Positions 49,067 to 61,548 are shown, numbered from the whole stretch's first letter. The stretch is 63,976 nt of DNA, filler included, from Olpidium bornovanus S191 (GCA_017911155.1; 30 parts of 30 records of this genome joined end to end with filler, not necessarily neighbours in it), one strand, 5' to 3'. Program-made: numbers and translations. Notes: a model not told the origin generated them from the letters alone.

Positions 49067-49488
49067 ATGGTTTGCCTCATGCGTGAGGAAACGTCCCTCT
49101 GAGGAGGAGCAAGCTGGTGAACACCCGACACCAACTACAAGTTGGACGTGACGCCTGCGGGCAGCTCTGGCCATGGGTTTTCCCCAGACATGCTCTGGTT
49201 TTACCATTGCCTTATGTGAGCTAAACTTCTCCGATGACGTTTGTTGTCTTCGTTGCTCAGGGCACGTCCCTTCGAGCGAGGAGGAGTGTTGTGAACTGGA
49301 AGAGTGCGCNNNNNNNNNNNNNNNNNNNNNNNNNNNNNNNNNNNNNNNNNNNNTTAATTAATTAANNNNNNNNNNNNNNNNNNNNNNNNNNNNNNNNNNN
49401 NNNNNNNNNCATGCTTTTCAGTAGTTCGGGCATTAGTAGTAGTGCCTTTTCCAACTCAGCAGGTAGGGCTGACCTGTATGCGCACTAA

Positions 49489-52400
49489 TGTTGATACTCA
49501 AGCCCTCTTCCCGCTACCCTCCGAAAGTAGTTACCACAACCTGAACCGAGAATAAACCAAACACAACATAACCAAACCACAGGTTATGAGCCCAACTGCG
49601 CCTTGCCCGTGAACCCACGAACGCTCCCGACGAGCGCAACCTCCGCTGCAGAAGAGCGTGAACACCATCCTACCATCCTCCCGTGAATGCTCCCGATGAG
49701 CCTTCCTCTGCGCTCCCGAAGAGCCTTCCTTCTTGCGCTCCCGAAGAGCGCAACCACCTCCTCCTTCCTCCTTGCGCTCCCGAAGAGCGCAGCAACCATC
49801 CCTGCGCCGCTGCGCAGCGACCACCGCCGCGCGCCCACCGTCGCTGCACGCCCGCCGCCGCTGCGCGCCCGCCGCCAACGCCGCTGCGCGCTTGCCGCCG
49901 CGCCCTCGCCGCCGCGCCCTCGCCGCCGCGCGCTCGCCGCCGCGCGCTCGCCGCCGCGCACTCGCCGCCGCGCGCTCGCCGCCGCGCTGTCGCCGTAGCG
50001 CAACCGCCAACCGCCATTTGCGCAACCGCCATCCTCTGCGCCGCCGCGCACCTGCGCCGCCCCGCAGCGACCGCCTCGCACCATCCCAACGCCCACCGCG
50101 CGCCCGCCGCGCCCGCCGCGCCCGCCGCGCCTGCCGCGCCGCGCCCGCAACCGCCATCCTCTGCACCGCCGCGCAGCAACCATCCTTGCGCCGCTGCGCC
50201 GCAGCTCTCTGCACTCCTTCGGAAAAATGCGCCATCCAAGCAAAGAAGCACCCAAAAAGAATGACCAGAACGCCGCCACTGCAGAACGCGGAAAGCTCCG
50301 GACAAGCAACTGCTGAAACTGCTGGGCAGCACATCCCCAGGGCCGGGGAAGACTCAAAGGTAAGAAGCCAGCGCGGAACATTCTCCGAAACGTTGGATGC
50401 AAGGGAACGCGCCCTCCGCGCGCAACAACAGGACGTGGAACGCCAGGAAACGGAACTCCGCATGCAAAAGGAACAGCTAGAACGGGAACGCGCCGAACGC
50501 AGTGCCGAACGCAACGCAAACAGGCGTGAGCTCGTTGACCTCCATGCAAAGTTCGACCAAGTACTTTCGTTTCTCCAGCGGCAGCAACAGCAACAGCAAC
50601 CGCAACCTCTGGCCCCCCCGCCGCCGTCGCCGTCAAGGCATTAGTATCGCAATTTCAAAGAAGAACTCGACGATGAGGTGCGTTCTGTAACCACCAGACC
50701 CGGGGGGGCCTCACTCCGCAATGCTACTCCTTTATGCGCCGCTCCTCCTGTTCGAGCCCCATCCGTTATTTCAGACGCAAGCAGGTTGCCCAAAAAACAG
50801 AAACTCGCGTATTCCATGGTGAAATTACTGCTTGTCGACGTACCGGGGTTCGATGGAACCGGTGGTGCGATGAGACTCGAGACCTTTATCTCAAAGTTAA
50901 ACGGGTATGCCGAGTTTGCCAACGGAATCGTCCCCGATAAAATACAGCTTATGCAAGCAGCAGGAAAACTCGACAAATCCGTGTCTTTGTATTTCCAAAC
51001 TAATCAATGCCGAAGTTCTCCATGGCAAGCATGGCCAGAACTGCGTTCCGCTCTTCATGCACGCTTCTTTCCCGGTGACCACATTAAAAACGTCTGGGAA
51101 TGATTAATGCTATTCGACTTCCAACGCTTCTCTTCCATTCAGGGATATAACGACAGTTTCAACAACCTACTAAATCAACTCGACGAAGGAGAAATGGAAT
51201 CCGAAACGTGGAAGGTCACCTATCAACGCGGACTTCCATGCAAGTACAAAGCTCACCTTCTTGTCAAAGACCCGCAAAGTCTTTGAGACATGCAAAATGC
51301 AACACAACCATTTTCTTCCATTCAGAAGTGGCCATGGTCGACACAGGTCAATTTTTCAACTGCGAAAAATTCCGGCAAACGTGATACTAAACAGAGGAAG
51401 AATACCCCGCAAAATTCCCCCAAAAATAATTCCTCTTCGAAAATTCCAAACCAGGACTTCAATCCACGCACGCATTTCCGAACAAAAGCTGGGCAACTAA
51501 TTACCTGGTCCAAAGTAATTTGCAGGCATTTCAAACGAAAGGGTCACCTCGGAACACGTTGTCCCGGCACAACCGAAGCACAAAAGAGGGGTAATCCACC
51601 TCGCCCACGGGCGAATAACATTAACGCAAACACCGAACCAGAATGCGCGCCCAACCCGCCGGCTGATGCCGTTCTGTTGAACACTGTCGTGAATCGGGTA
51701 GATCGAGTGCGCATAAACGGCCGCACGCAGATCCTTCTCGACTGCATTGCTACTGATCACAGTTCTCCAGACATTTCGCGTTTCAGCTCCCTAGACACCT
51801 CACAAACGACCAAGCTCTACACGGCCAATGCCGACGATGAGGGTTCCTCGACCGCTGGAATCAGCACCATCCACGTACACGGTTCCGAGCGTCCCCTCAA
51901 GGTACGTAATGTCCTATACGCGCCTAACCTTCGACATACCCTTTTGTCGCTAGGCAAAACCACTCGGCAGGGAATCTGTAGCACCTTTGAGCCAAACGGC
52001 ACTATGTTTTTTTACAAGACCGGTGCCATCATCGCCGGCGGCCACCGCACACCGCAAGATCTCTTCGTCCTAGACGAGGTTCCCTCTTCGGACACGGACG
52101 CCGTTGCGAACGCTGATGCAGACGGCGCCGGAGAGGAGGCACAGCTGGACCGGGTCGCCCTGGTCGTCAGCCAGCCCGACGTCGATATCTCGCACTGGCG
52201 TTTCTGTCACCTAGGACTTAAAAATCTTCAGCGCGTCCAGACTATGGTGCAAGGTATGCCAAAAATTCACTTTCCTCCCGACAATACTAATCACTGCGAA
52301 GATTGTATACTCGCAAAACACACCAGACACCCCCATCCTGCCAGCACCACCATTTTTTCCAAAGCCGAACTCGTCCATTCGGATGTCGTCGGACCGCTCA

Positions 52401-53347
52401 GGCTCGGTCACGACGACTCCAAGTACATCGTAACATACATCGAGCATTCCGCACACTACGCAAAATCGTTCACAATTCCCTCCCACGACGCCTGGATTTT
52501 ACTTACCGCATTCAAACTTTTTCAAGCCCTTATTGAGCGCGTCACAGGGCAGAAAATTAAAATCCATCGTACGGACCGGGGGGGGGGGGGAATATATGTC
52601 CGGAGAATATACTGACTATCTGAACGCGTGCGGTATCCGTTCACAGCTGACTATACGCGATACTCCCGAGCAAAATGGCGTCGCAGAACGATTTAACCGA
52701 ACCATTGAAGAACGCACCCGCGCGACCTTGTTTTCCTCCAGGTTACCCATCCGCCTGTGGCCCGAAATTTGGAAATCCGTAGTCCGCGTTTATAATCTGT
52801 CCCCCCACCGTGCCACTAACGCCGTTCCGCTCAGTGTCATTGATGCGCCTCGGATTCCAGACGTCTCCCGTCTGCGAATCATTAGTTTCTATGCATTTTC
52901 TCATGTTCTTCCCACACAGCGCGACCACAAATTCTCTCCTACCGCAGAAAAACTCGTTTTCGTCGGGTATAACAAAACCAGCAAGGGCTACTGGCTATGG
53001 AATTCAGTAACCGATGCAATCGTCGAGCGCTTCGACGTTACCATCGACGAGTCACGCCCTTTCGATCCAGCACTTCACGCTCGGCACCAGCACCGCGCTC
53101 GATGACCCCGACATTCCGCTTGACGCACACGACGCCTATTCCGACGCTCAATAATGAGTACGTCGTCGAGCGCGTCGTCGGCCACCGCTACGACTCCGTC
53201 GAAGACACTTGGTATTTCCATATCAAATGGAAAGGGTACCCGCCGTCCGCAAATTCTTGGGAACCTTCCGATAACTTAAATTGCACTGACCGTATCCGTC
53301 AATATTTCCATCGAAAGCGCCTCCTAATCCCGCCGCACTTCGCCATG
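49489..53347 (+). mobile_element. Ty1/copia element, 5' two-thirds: 93-bp LTR, PBS, gag, protease, integrase, chromodomain (family A; degenerate, cut by contig end)
   Basis: LTR 49489-49581, PBS GGTTATGAGCCCA 49582-49594, and one gag-pol frame from ATG 50261 with three stops. Protease LLDCIATDH..VLYAPNLRHTLLSLG; pre-integrase HWRFCHLG..CEDC; core ELVHSDVVGP..KIHRTDRGG-EY..PEQNGVAERFNRT; SH3-like KLVFVGY..KGY..DVTIDE. Frameshifts at the G-run near 52580 and near 53100. Confidence 0.93.
53156..53315 (+). other. Chromodomain with complete aromatic cage, directly after the copia integrase
   Basis: EYVVERVVGHRYDSVEDTWYFHIKWKGYPPSANSWEPSDNLNCTDRIRQYF, with cage residues Y (EYVVE), W and Y (KWKGY) and the SWEP..NL motif. 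Confidence 0.93.
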
Positions 53348-54604
53348 NNNNNNNNNNNNNNNNNNNNNNNNNNNNNNNNNNNNNNNNNNNNTTAATTAAT
53401 TAANNNNNNNNNNNNNNNNNNNNNNNNNNNNNNNNNNNNNNNNNNNNACAGCTGCGCCGTCGTCGCCAGCGCGCGTCGATCAAGAACCCGACAACCAAGA
53501 ACTCGGCAGCGGGGGCCCCACCTGATGCGCTGTGCCTCAGGGTGCGAACGACGTAGTCGAGATCCATGGCGGCGGCCTGGCGCCCGCCGTTTCCGCGGTG
53601 CTGTCGCCCTTTCCGCCTTGCTGTTTGCCCTGCCCCTCGCCTCGCACGACTGCGGAAAGTCGCGGGTGAGGAGTGGGTGCGCGTTCCGTTACGAGAGTGG
53701 ACGGTGAGAGAGTAGGGCGGCGCGCCGACGCGGAGCACGGGGGCAAGCACGTGACCGCCCATTCAAAAAGGGCGGGGTTTCCATCGGAGCCCACTATCAC
53801 GTGCGCCGCCCTGCACTCCACATGTTCACTCCCCGGCTCTGGCGCCCTCGCGCCAAGACGCGTTTGACATCACCGAGACGACCAAAATTCGCCGGGCCGT
53901 GGGAGTAAACAAACATTTATCCAATGTTCGAATGTTTTTTTCGAAGAAAAACGGCCCTCAAAGTCTCGTGGTTCGCCATCCAGCCGGATCCCGAGCGGGT
54001 CGAGTTCTTGGCCGCACAAGCTCCACATCCTGTTAGTCCTGGGCCTGACCGTAGTGTACAGTTCAAAGCTGAAAATAAAGATCCCTGACAAGGTAGGTTT
54101 TATCGAGCAATGAGAGCGGCTTCAGCTGATGAACTCCGAAGCCTGCCAGATCATATCCGCCGACTTGCAGACGAGGTGCCCAAGTAGTTGTGAGGAATCA
54201 TGCAATTTATAAGGAACCGGTTTGTGAAGAATGGGGGAAAAATAAGCACATCAAACCCATACTTGTATTTGGCAGTGGGGCAACTTTGCAGCAGAGGCAT
54301 ACGGGTCTTCCGCTGCTGGACATGACAAGCTACTTGTCCTTGATGCCACGATACGGTTTGGTGCTCAGTTGCTATGTAGCATGTCATGACGGATTTCAGC
54401 GGCAAGAGGCCACCCGCAAAAGGTGCAGCGTTTCCCTTCCATCAGGCCTATAGTCGGGCAGCGCATCTGCTCAGACTTGGCTCAAGTCGGCGTCCGTCTG
54501 CCGCNNNNNNNNNNNNNNNNNNNNNNNNNNNNNNNNNNNNNNNNNNNNTTAATTAATTAANNNNNNNNNNNNNNNNNNNNNNNNNNNNNNNNNNNNNNNN
54601 NNNN

Positions 54605-54722
54605 GATAGGCCTCCGCTGCTTCCCAACATCGTACACGCGGACCTGGCCGTATCCGGTTCCAACGACGAGCCCATTCCCGTCTTCCGTAAACCTGAAGTC
54701 GGTATTCCACACAGGAACGCGC
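54605..54722 (-). CDS. WDR74/Nsa1-like ribosome biogenesis WD40 protein, fragment
   Basis: RVPVWNTDFRF..LVVGTGYGQVRVYDVGKQRRPI resembles WDR74 (RVPIWDQDIQF..TCTGYHQVRVYD..QRRPV). The upstream exons were not resolved. Confidence 0.6.
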
Positions 54723-56244
54723 ATGAAAGAGAAAAAAAGAAATCGAAGGGACTTGACACTCGGGCACCAGGTGACTGTGCCAGCCGCGATTCCGACGTGC
54801 CAGCTGACTCTTCGGCAGCTGGGGTCTCGATCGCGGCGGGTCATCGTCGGCAACGCCCGCATAGAGTCAGGTGTGATGTCTTTCTACACTCGACGCAGGC
54901 GTGTTCGCCTCGTCTTCAAAGATCGGACTGCGCATCGGGGTGCGATGGCCAAATCTTAGTTATGTATCTAAATAGATTACTATAGATTTAAACTTAAGAT
55001 ATTAATTATTATGCTATTACACCAATTATTGGATATCATACCTTTTATCTCGAGTTGAACCATTTGCTGTCTAACCAGAGTGGCCTCCGTGGGGATCGTT
55101 CCCGCTGCAGTCTGACACGAATTGAATTGACCTCCAGGACGCTCTGCGTTGTGCTGCGCCTGTAGAGAGTTCCGCCTTGGCGGCATCAGCTGCCCTTGCG
55201 GAGCCCTACGTGTTTCATTGTGAACGACGATGCGCTCCCCGCTCCTGAGCTCCATCTGTCCAATGTGAACAGCTATGTGCCCTCACCGTTGCTGAAATCC
55301 CTGTGGGCGGGGATGTGCTCATCCTGGAGCAGACGGGGAAGGAACGTGCGTCCATTTGAATGCGCGAGTCAAGCTGAACACGATTTCGAAGTACAAAACA
55401 GCGTTCTGAGGCGTGCTGGAGGCATAAGCCAGACCTGCAACCACTCTAACCGGGATTATGGCATTCGCCATACATGACCGGCGTTTGCGATCCCTTATTC
55501 CGGGTTCCTCTCGACGGATGGGGCGTAAAAGGGGAGAATGCAGGGGCCCGCGCGAGGAGACGGCAGCCCGTGCTTTGCAGTATCAATGTGAATCCCCTCC
55601 GTGTGCGTTTGATCCCGGGTTTTCCCACAAACAAGCAAGGTGCATCGGGGTACCTTACAACTTCCGACACCAAACTAAGAAACGAGGACACCGTTTTTGT
55701 TCATAATAACGTATTTACTTCAAAATCTTTCGAAGACCGCAAAAACAATTACATGCTGGCACGTGGGAGAGGGGGGGGGGGTTAAAGGGGATACTTGACG
55801 TCGAGAGGAAAGTGGGATCATCTGGTGACTGCCCCGATGTTATCCGATCCGATACATACCCAAGGTTCGCTGATCCAATAGTAACTTTTATTTCTCACGA
55901 CGAAAACGCTATTTTCTGCGGCGGACGCGGCACTCTTGAAACCTGCGACGGTATCGAAGCCTATACCCCTGCACGCTTGCGTAGCGAGGGTGTGCATTAC
56001 GCCGCGTCCCGCCCGAGGGCAGGTTTAAAGGGCAAAGTCCAAGGCGGCGTCAAACTCCGCCAAGTCACTTTCCCCCGCTCTTGGTTGTCCCCTCTCCGTT
56101 TTATCGTCCCCCCCGTCCCATTTCCCCCGCCACCCTCCCCCCTTCCCCTCCCCCCCTCCCCCGCGCCCGGCGCGTTGTCGCGCGCTCGCGCCCCTCGCGC
56201 TCCTTCCCCACTCTTCTCCCCCCCCTTTCGAAACCGGAAAAAAT

Positions 56245-56284
<40 letters not shown>

Positions 56285-56404
56285 AAAAAAAAAAAACACA
56301 AAAANNNNNNNNNNNNNNNNNNNNNNNNNNNNNNNNNNNNNNNNNNNNTTAATTAATTAANNNNNNNNNNNNNNNNNNNNNNNNNNNNNNNNNNNNNNNN
56401 NNNN

Positions 56405-59166
56405 CATGCTGTCCGATGTCTCGTCGGACACCTTCTTCGTCAACACGCCCCAGGCGTTGCGTCGCAGGGCACAGATGGCAGTGACTATCTCGTCGTTAGA
56501 GGCATCGAAATCTGGAGAAGGCGAGTTTGCGATCTGAGGGGCCCAGCTGGCAAGAGGACCAGCGGCACCGGATAACAGATGTTTTCACGTCAAAACACCA
56601 ACCGCTCTTGGCCCGTCTAATCAGCTTCTCCTTCGCGCGGTCGTACGCGGCTTTGTAGTCCTCTATAACCCGTGCCCACATCGTTGACGACGGCTCGTTC
56701 AAGTGCTTACTCAAGGGCTCGGAAATGTCTCGGATGAAGGTTCGCTAATTCGAGTTGACATCAGCAGAAAAATAAGTCTTACGCCGAAACTGAATGCATG
56801 CGCGAGTAGAAAATGGGTAGCAAAACTTCCAATACCTCAAGGCTTGCCACCATCTTTGACACTTCCTCTCCCCGTCGCCGGGTAGCAACCTCGTCTATCT
56901 CTTCCCACAGCTGAGAAAGCTGTTCAGCATACGACCATTCCGTGTCTCGCAAGCAAATGGCTGCCGAACATCTTGTTACGCAGGTTCTGCTGCACCTTTC
57001 ATTTCGAGGGGACTCCTACGGCCGATGCTTCGTGCACTGCAGATACAAAAAGTCTCGACCACGCTTACCTTCTGCTTGCAAGATAAAATACTTCCCGGCC
57101 AATTCCCGCGCGCACTTGACATGTTCGAGAAAGCTCCCGTTGAGCGACCCAAGGGAGCCTATAGTGTCGTTCAGCCGTTCGTTTAGATCTTTTGAAAAAT
57201 CCGACAGCGCTTTCTTCCCCAGGTTCTTCAGTTGACCCAAGTAGAACGTCGCGAGCGTGGTGTTCGCCGCGCGCATCAACTCCGCCCTCTTGCGCTTGTA
57301 CACAAGGGCGTGATAACGGCTGGCATCCCTGTCAAACGTCGCCATGAGCTCGTCGCGCGCACGCGCGATGGCCGGGCCGAGGCCATCAACAATCCGGCCG
57401 CCCTCAATGGGCGACCTGTACGGCATGACAGCATCCGTGAACAACCCCAGCGCCACCGACGCGATCTCATCGCAGCGGTACTGTGCCAGCAGCTCTTGCT
57501 GTGTTGGGAGGTCAAGATCCTTGTTTGACACGATTTTAGCCCAGATAGACTCGGCGTAGTGAGGGAAGCCGTCTGCCGGGATTCGCTTATGGTAGATTGG
57601 TCGGAAGACGTAGTCCTTATCGGATTTAACAGTGAACCTGCGTTGGACCCGTTTCGAGATTGCAAGCAAGAGAGTGGGCGACAGAAAACAGGCACGACGA
57701 GGACAGCAAACACACCCGATTCCGGCTCTTACCGCCTGCGCAACTCGTTCGCAGCCGTGTCAAATTTGTCGGGCATGAGGATCTTGTGGGGCAGGCTGGT
57801 AAACATCATGTCAAAAAAGTCTGTGACGACCGATGTCTCGATCCCTTTTGGCTGCACAGAAAGGTCAGCCATGGGGCGAGGTCAGAATCGGGAATACCCC
57901 CAGGTTTCCTGCACTACTAATGTAAGATTCGGGGGCTGAAAACTTACTTTAGTAAGAGAACCCCATATGACCTCCAAATCCGTCATAAGCGTCTTGGACA
58001 AGTTCTCTAGTGGCGTATGTCCAATATGATCCCGGATGACGAACAGCAGGAGCGTCTTCGTCCGCCTGTGACAACACCGAGGTCGTCAGCCAGACTACAC
58101 TGAATGGTATGTGCTTCAACGTTGGTCCGCGGCACAAAACAATCGTCTCCGATACCTTTCGACAGTATCCTTTTCCTTGTCCTGGTTGCCGTGAAACAAC
58201 TGGAGGTTGACCTCAAAAACCGTCTTCAGGAGCCCCATGTTCGCACCGTTGTACAGGCCGACCATGTGTTCCCACATATTGACGATTATGACCTGTGCTA
58301 CGGCGACAGAGAAGAGCGCGCTCTTGCGCTCAAAGTCCTGGTCTTCCCCCCTCTCTCGGCCGTCTGTGCCCTCAACATCCATGACCAGCACGGAGTTCGG
58401 GACGAGTTCTCCGCCCTGATCGTGTGTCCGAGCCTCGGACATCCATATACCCTTTGTCGTTTGACGCCGGGCAGACTCGGACATGACGTCAAAGGTCGTG
58501 GAAAAGAGTTTGTTGAGGAGAGTGCCTAACCGAGGCCGGGACGAGTCGACTGTCAAACGCGTCGTGGATTATAGGAAATACAGAGGAACGCCAGCGACAG
58601 CATACTCTTCCCGGTGCTCTGCGACCCGAACACCGCCACCAAGTTGTAGTCGAAGCCCGCGTCCCAAAGTTTCCACACGTCTTTCATGTAACCCGGCAAT
58701 TCTTTGCTTGCGGAGGGGCAAAACCAGGATGAGCGAGCCGGTGCGAGAAAGCGCGGTGATCATGTCAGCTGAGACGAGCTGACGGCAAATCCAGGCGTTG
58801 AATCTCTGCCGACAGGTGCCGGAACGGCGAGACCGCCGAGCATCACGGAAACCAGAGCGTTTCGTCCTGGACCGACGGCAGTGTGGCAGCCGGGCGTCTA
58901 AAGACGGGGCAGGACTCGGCGGAGGGCAAGCGTTCTCGGAACGAATTTCGGACAGAACAACAGCCGCCGCCGCCTCTCCGTCATCCTCTTCCGCGTCTCA
59001 AGGCGGAAAGGGATGCCGCGCCGTCTCCCTCGAACGCGCGGTGCGGCCGGGTGGAAGGGAGGTAGGGGAGGAGCTGGAGTACCCACGTAAACTGCTGGTC
59101 CTCGGCGACGATCTGGAGGCAGGGAACCGACGGTGCGGGGCGCTCGTTCTCGTCGCCTTCGGCCAT
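56405..59166 (-). CDS. SEY1: Sey1/RHD3 dynamin-like ER-fusion GTPase, 3'-truncated, multi-exon
   Basis: ATG at 59166. Motifs [29 protein letters not shown]|[61 protein letters not shown] and [10 protein letters not shown]. Confidence 0.97.
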
Positions 59167-60538
59167 GGCGGTGTTCGGCTCGACGTTTCCGGCCGGCTCT
59201 CTCGTTCGCTCTGAGTGTACTCGCTTCCGCCCGGCGAGGAAGTGGCGAGGGGGAGGGCAGCGGGGGTCCGAGGGCTTTTTCTCCGCTCTGAAATTTAATC
59301 GAGCGTGGGGTTAGCTTTTAAATATTGGAAATCCAAAAATAACACAAAAAACGGGGCATTCCCTACGTATTTTGCATTTTCCACACCCCTGTCCCTTGCA
59401 CTTCGATCCCAATTTTAAAAGTTATCTGGACGTGCAAACCGGCTCAAGATTAATGAATTTCCCAAAATTTTAGCATAACCGTCGACCATACTAGTAACTT
59501 ATAAAATTGGGAAATTTATTAATAATGGTGAAAATTGGAGAAGAATACGCAAAAAATAAAAGAAGCACCGGTGGCATAAAAAAAAATTGTGTGCCAAAAA
59601 AGATGTGGCTCGCTGTGCTCCAGCGAGATGAGAAGATTGTGGCAGCCGCTCGGCGAGAAGCCGAGGTACTCGCTCAGAAGGGGCGGGAGCGGCAGGCTGC
59701 CATTGATGCGGCGGCCGCTGACGGTCTACGCCAGCTAGAGGCTGAATGAGACCGCGTGTTCACGCAGTTGCGTGAACAGGAGCGACAGCTCCTTGCCCAG
59801 GTGGAAGGGGACCGGGAAGCGACACAACGCGCACACAGCGTAGCCGTCGCATCGCCGGGGGCACTTTTTTCCTATGCGCGGTGTCGGCAATAGATTTGCG
59901 CCGTCCCGTTTCGATTTGTAAACCCCTCGCCCACCGTCGATTCGGGTAGCGATCGGGCGCGTCCCTCTCAATAGCGCACGTGACCCGGTGTGCCCTATAA
60001 GAGACGCGCGCAATGCGAACCGATTCTGAGATTGCGTGTTGTCGGGGTCGAAAAGTCTCTGAAGCTTCCTCAATGTCGACGTTATAGAGGGCGGAGGAGG
60101 GTCGACAAGACAGAGGATAGGATGACAGGTAGCGGACCCGCGCCCACCAGGGGCTTGTGCTTTTGAAAGGAAAAGGCGCGGAAAGGGAGGGGACGAGACG
60201 GAGGGAAAGCAAGACGCTCCCACAGAGACACAGTAGACGATCGCGAAGTCGACGCGCAGGCAGATGCTCTGCTCCTGGCCCGACTGCAAAGAGGGCATGT
60301 GCTGTAGCACGGCCCTCGAACCGCCGTCTTTGACCAACGCCACGGCGGGCGAAAGGCGGCGGGCGAGGGGCGGCGGGCGAAGGGCGCAGAGCAAAGGACG
60401 AGAGGCGGTCGAAGGGCANNNNNNNNNNNNNNNNNNNNNNNNNNNNNNNNNNNNNNNNNNNNTTAATTAATTAANNNNNNNNNNNNNNNNNNNNNNNNNN
60501 NNNNNNNNNNNNNNNNNNCAAGGGGCCCCCCCCCCCCG

Positions 60539-60578
<40 letters not shown>

Positions 60579-60710
60579 CCGGGCCCGGGGCCCCCGGCCC
60601 CCGGGGGGGGGCGAATTTTTCGGCGGGGGGGGAGAAAGGGGGGGGGGGGGGGGGGGGGGGTAGGCCGTTTGCGACACGCGCGCGATTCTTCTTTTGCGCC
60701 ATTAGCCCGG

Positions 60711-60906
60711 CCAATCCACGTTCCGCTTTTCGCTGCATATTGGGGGCGGGGGCGCGCCCCCCTGGCAATCGCGAGAAAGGGGCGCGAGAAAACCGGGCGC
60801 AAAAACGCGGCGTTTTGCCGCGGCGCGGGCCGGAACGCGCTTTGCGGGGGCGCGGCCCAATGGTCCGCGCCCTCCCCGAACCAATAACCGGCCGGGTTTG
60901 GCCAAT
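60711..60906. promoter_or_regulatory. Cluster of five CCAAT boxes in GC-rich DNA (possible promoter)
   Basis: CCAAT at 60711, 60857, 60881 and 60902, and ATTGG at 60739. No linked gene was identified. Confidence 0.35.
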
Positions 60907-61548
60907 CAGAGGAGGGGGTACGCGAACCGCCCTGGGGGCAAAGGGTCCTTTCGCGGGGTGAGTGAGAAGGGGGCGCCCTTCGCAGCCGGCAAAACAAAAA
61001 AACAAAACAGAAAAAAAAAAAAAAAAAAAAGGAAAAGAAACGTGCGGGCGGGCCATAGCGCTCGCGCCGCAAGCCGGCCGGCGTCCCGCCCCCGTCTCGA
61101 GAGAATTCGTCGCCCGAACGCTCTTCCCCCCGCGACCCAACCCCCCGATCCTCCTATCTGCAAAAAAAAAAAAACAAAAAAACAAAAAAAAGCTCCGTCG
61201 CGCAAACCGTGGCGTAGTCCCCCCCCCTCCCCCCCTCACCCATGGAGGAAAAAAGAAAGCCGTGATCCGGCCGAATTCGCTACCGTAGCCGCGCGGAAAG
61301 TCGCAAAACACGCCCGACGGGTCGACGAACCGCGCTTCTCTACGAGTTTCGACTCCGGGACTTCCCGAACGTGCTTCCCTTGGTGGCCCCCGTTCGATAC
61401 GATGACGGTTGACGCGGAAGCGCAACATCCCCATACCCTTTTTTTTTGGCCGCGATCGCCCGTTTGCGCCGGTCGTGAAGGGGCTGAACGTTCCGCCGTT
61501 GCTGCAAGTCGGCGGCCGGGGGAAGAAGGAGGGGATATCAGGAGGGGA

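Noticed and set aside
49531-50636. Long Arg/Ala/Gly/Pro-rich ORFs on both strands (also 22351-23478, 31783-32790 in alternative frames, 60463-61434)
   Set aside because: These are shadow ORFs from GC-rich low-complexity DNA or antisense to real genes, with no domain signal.
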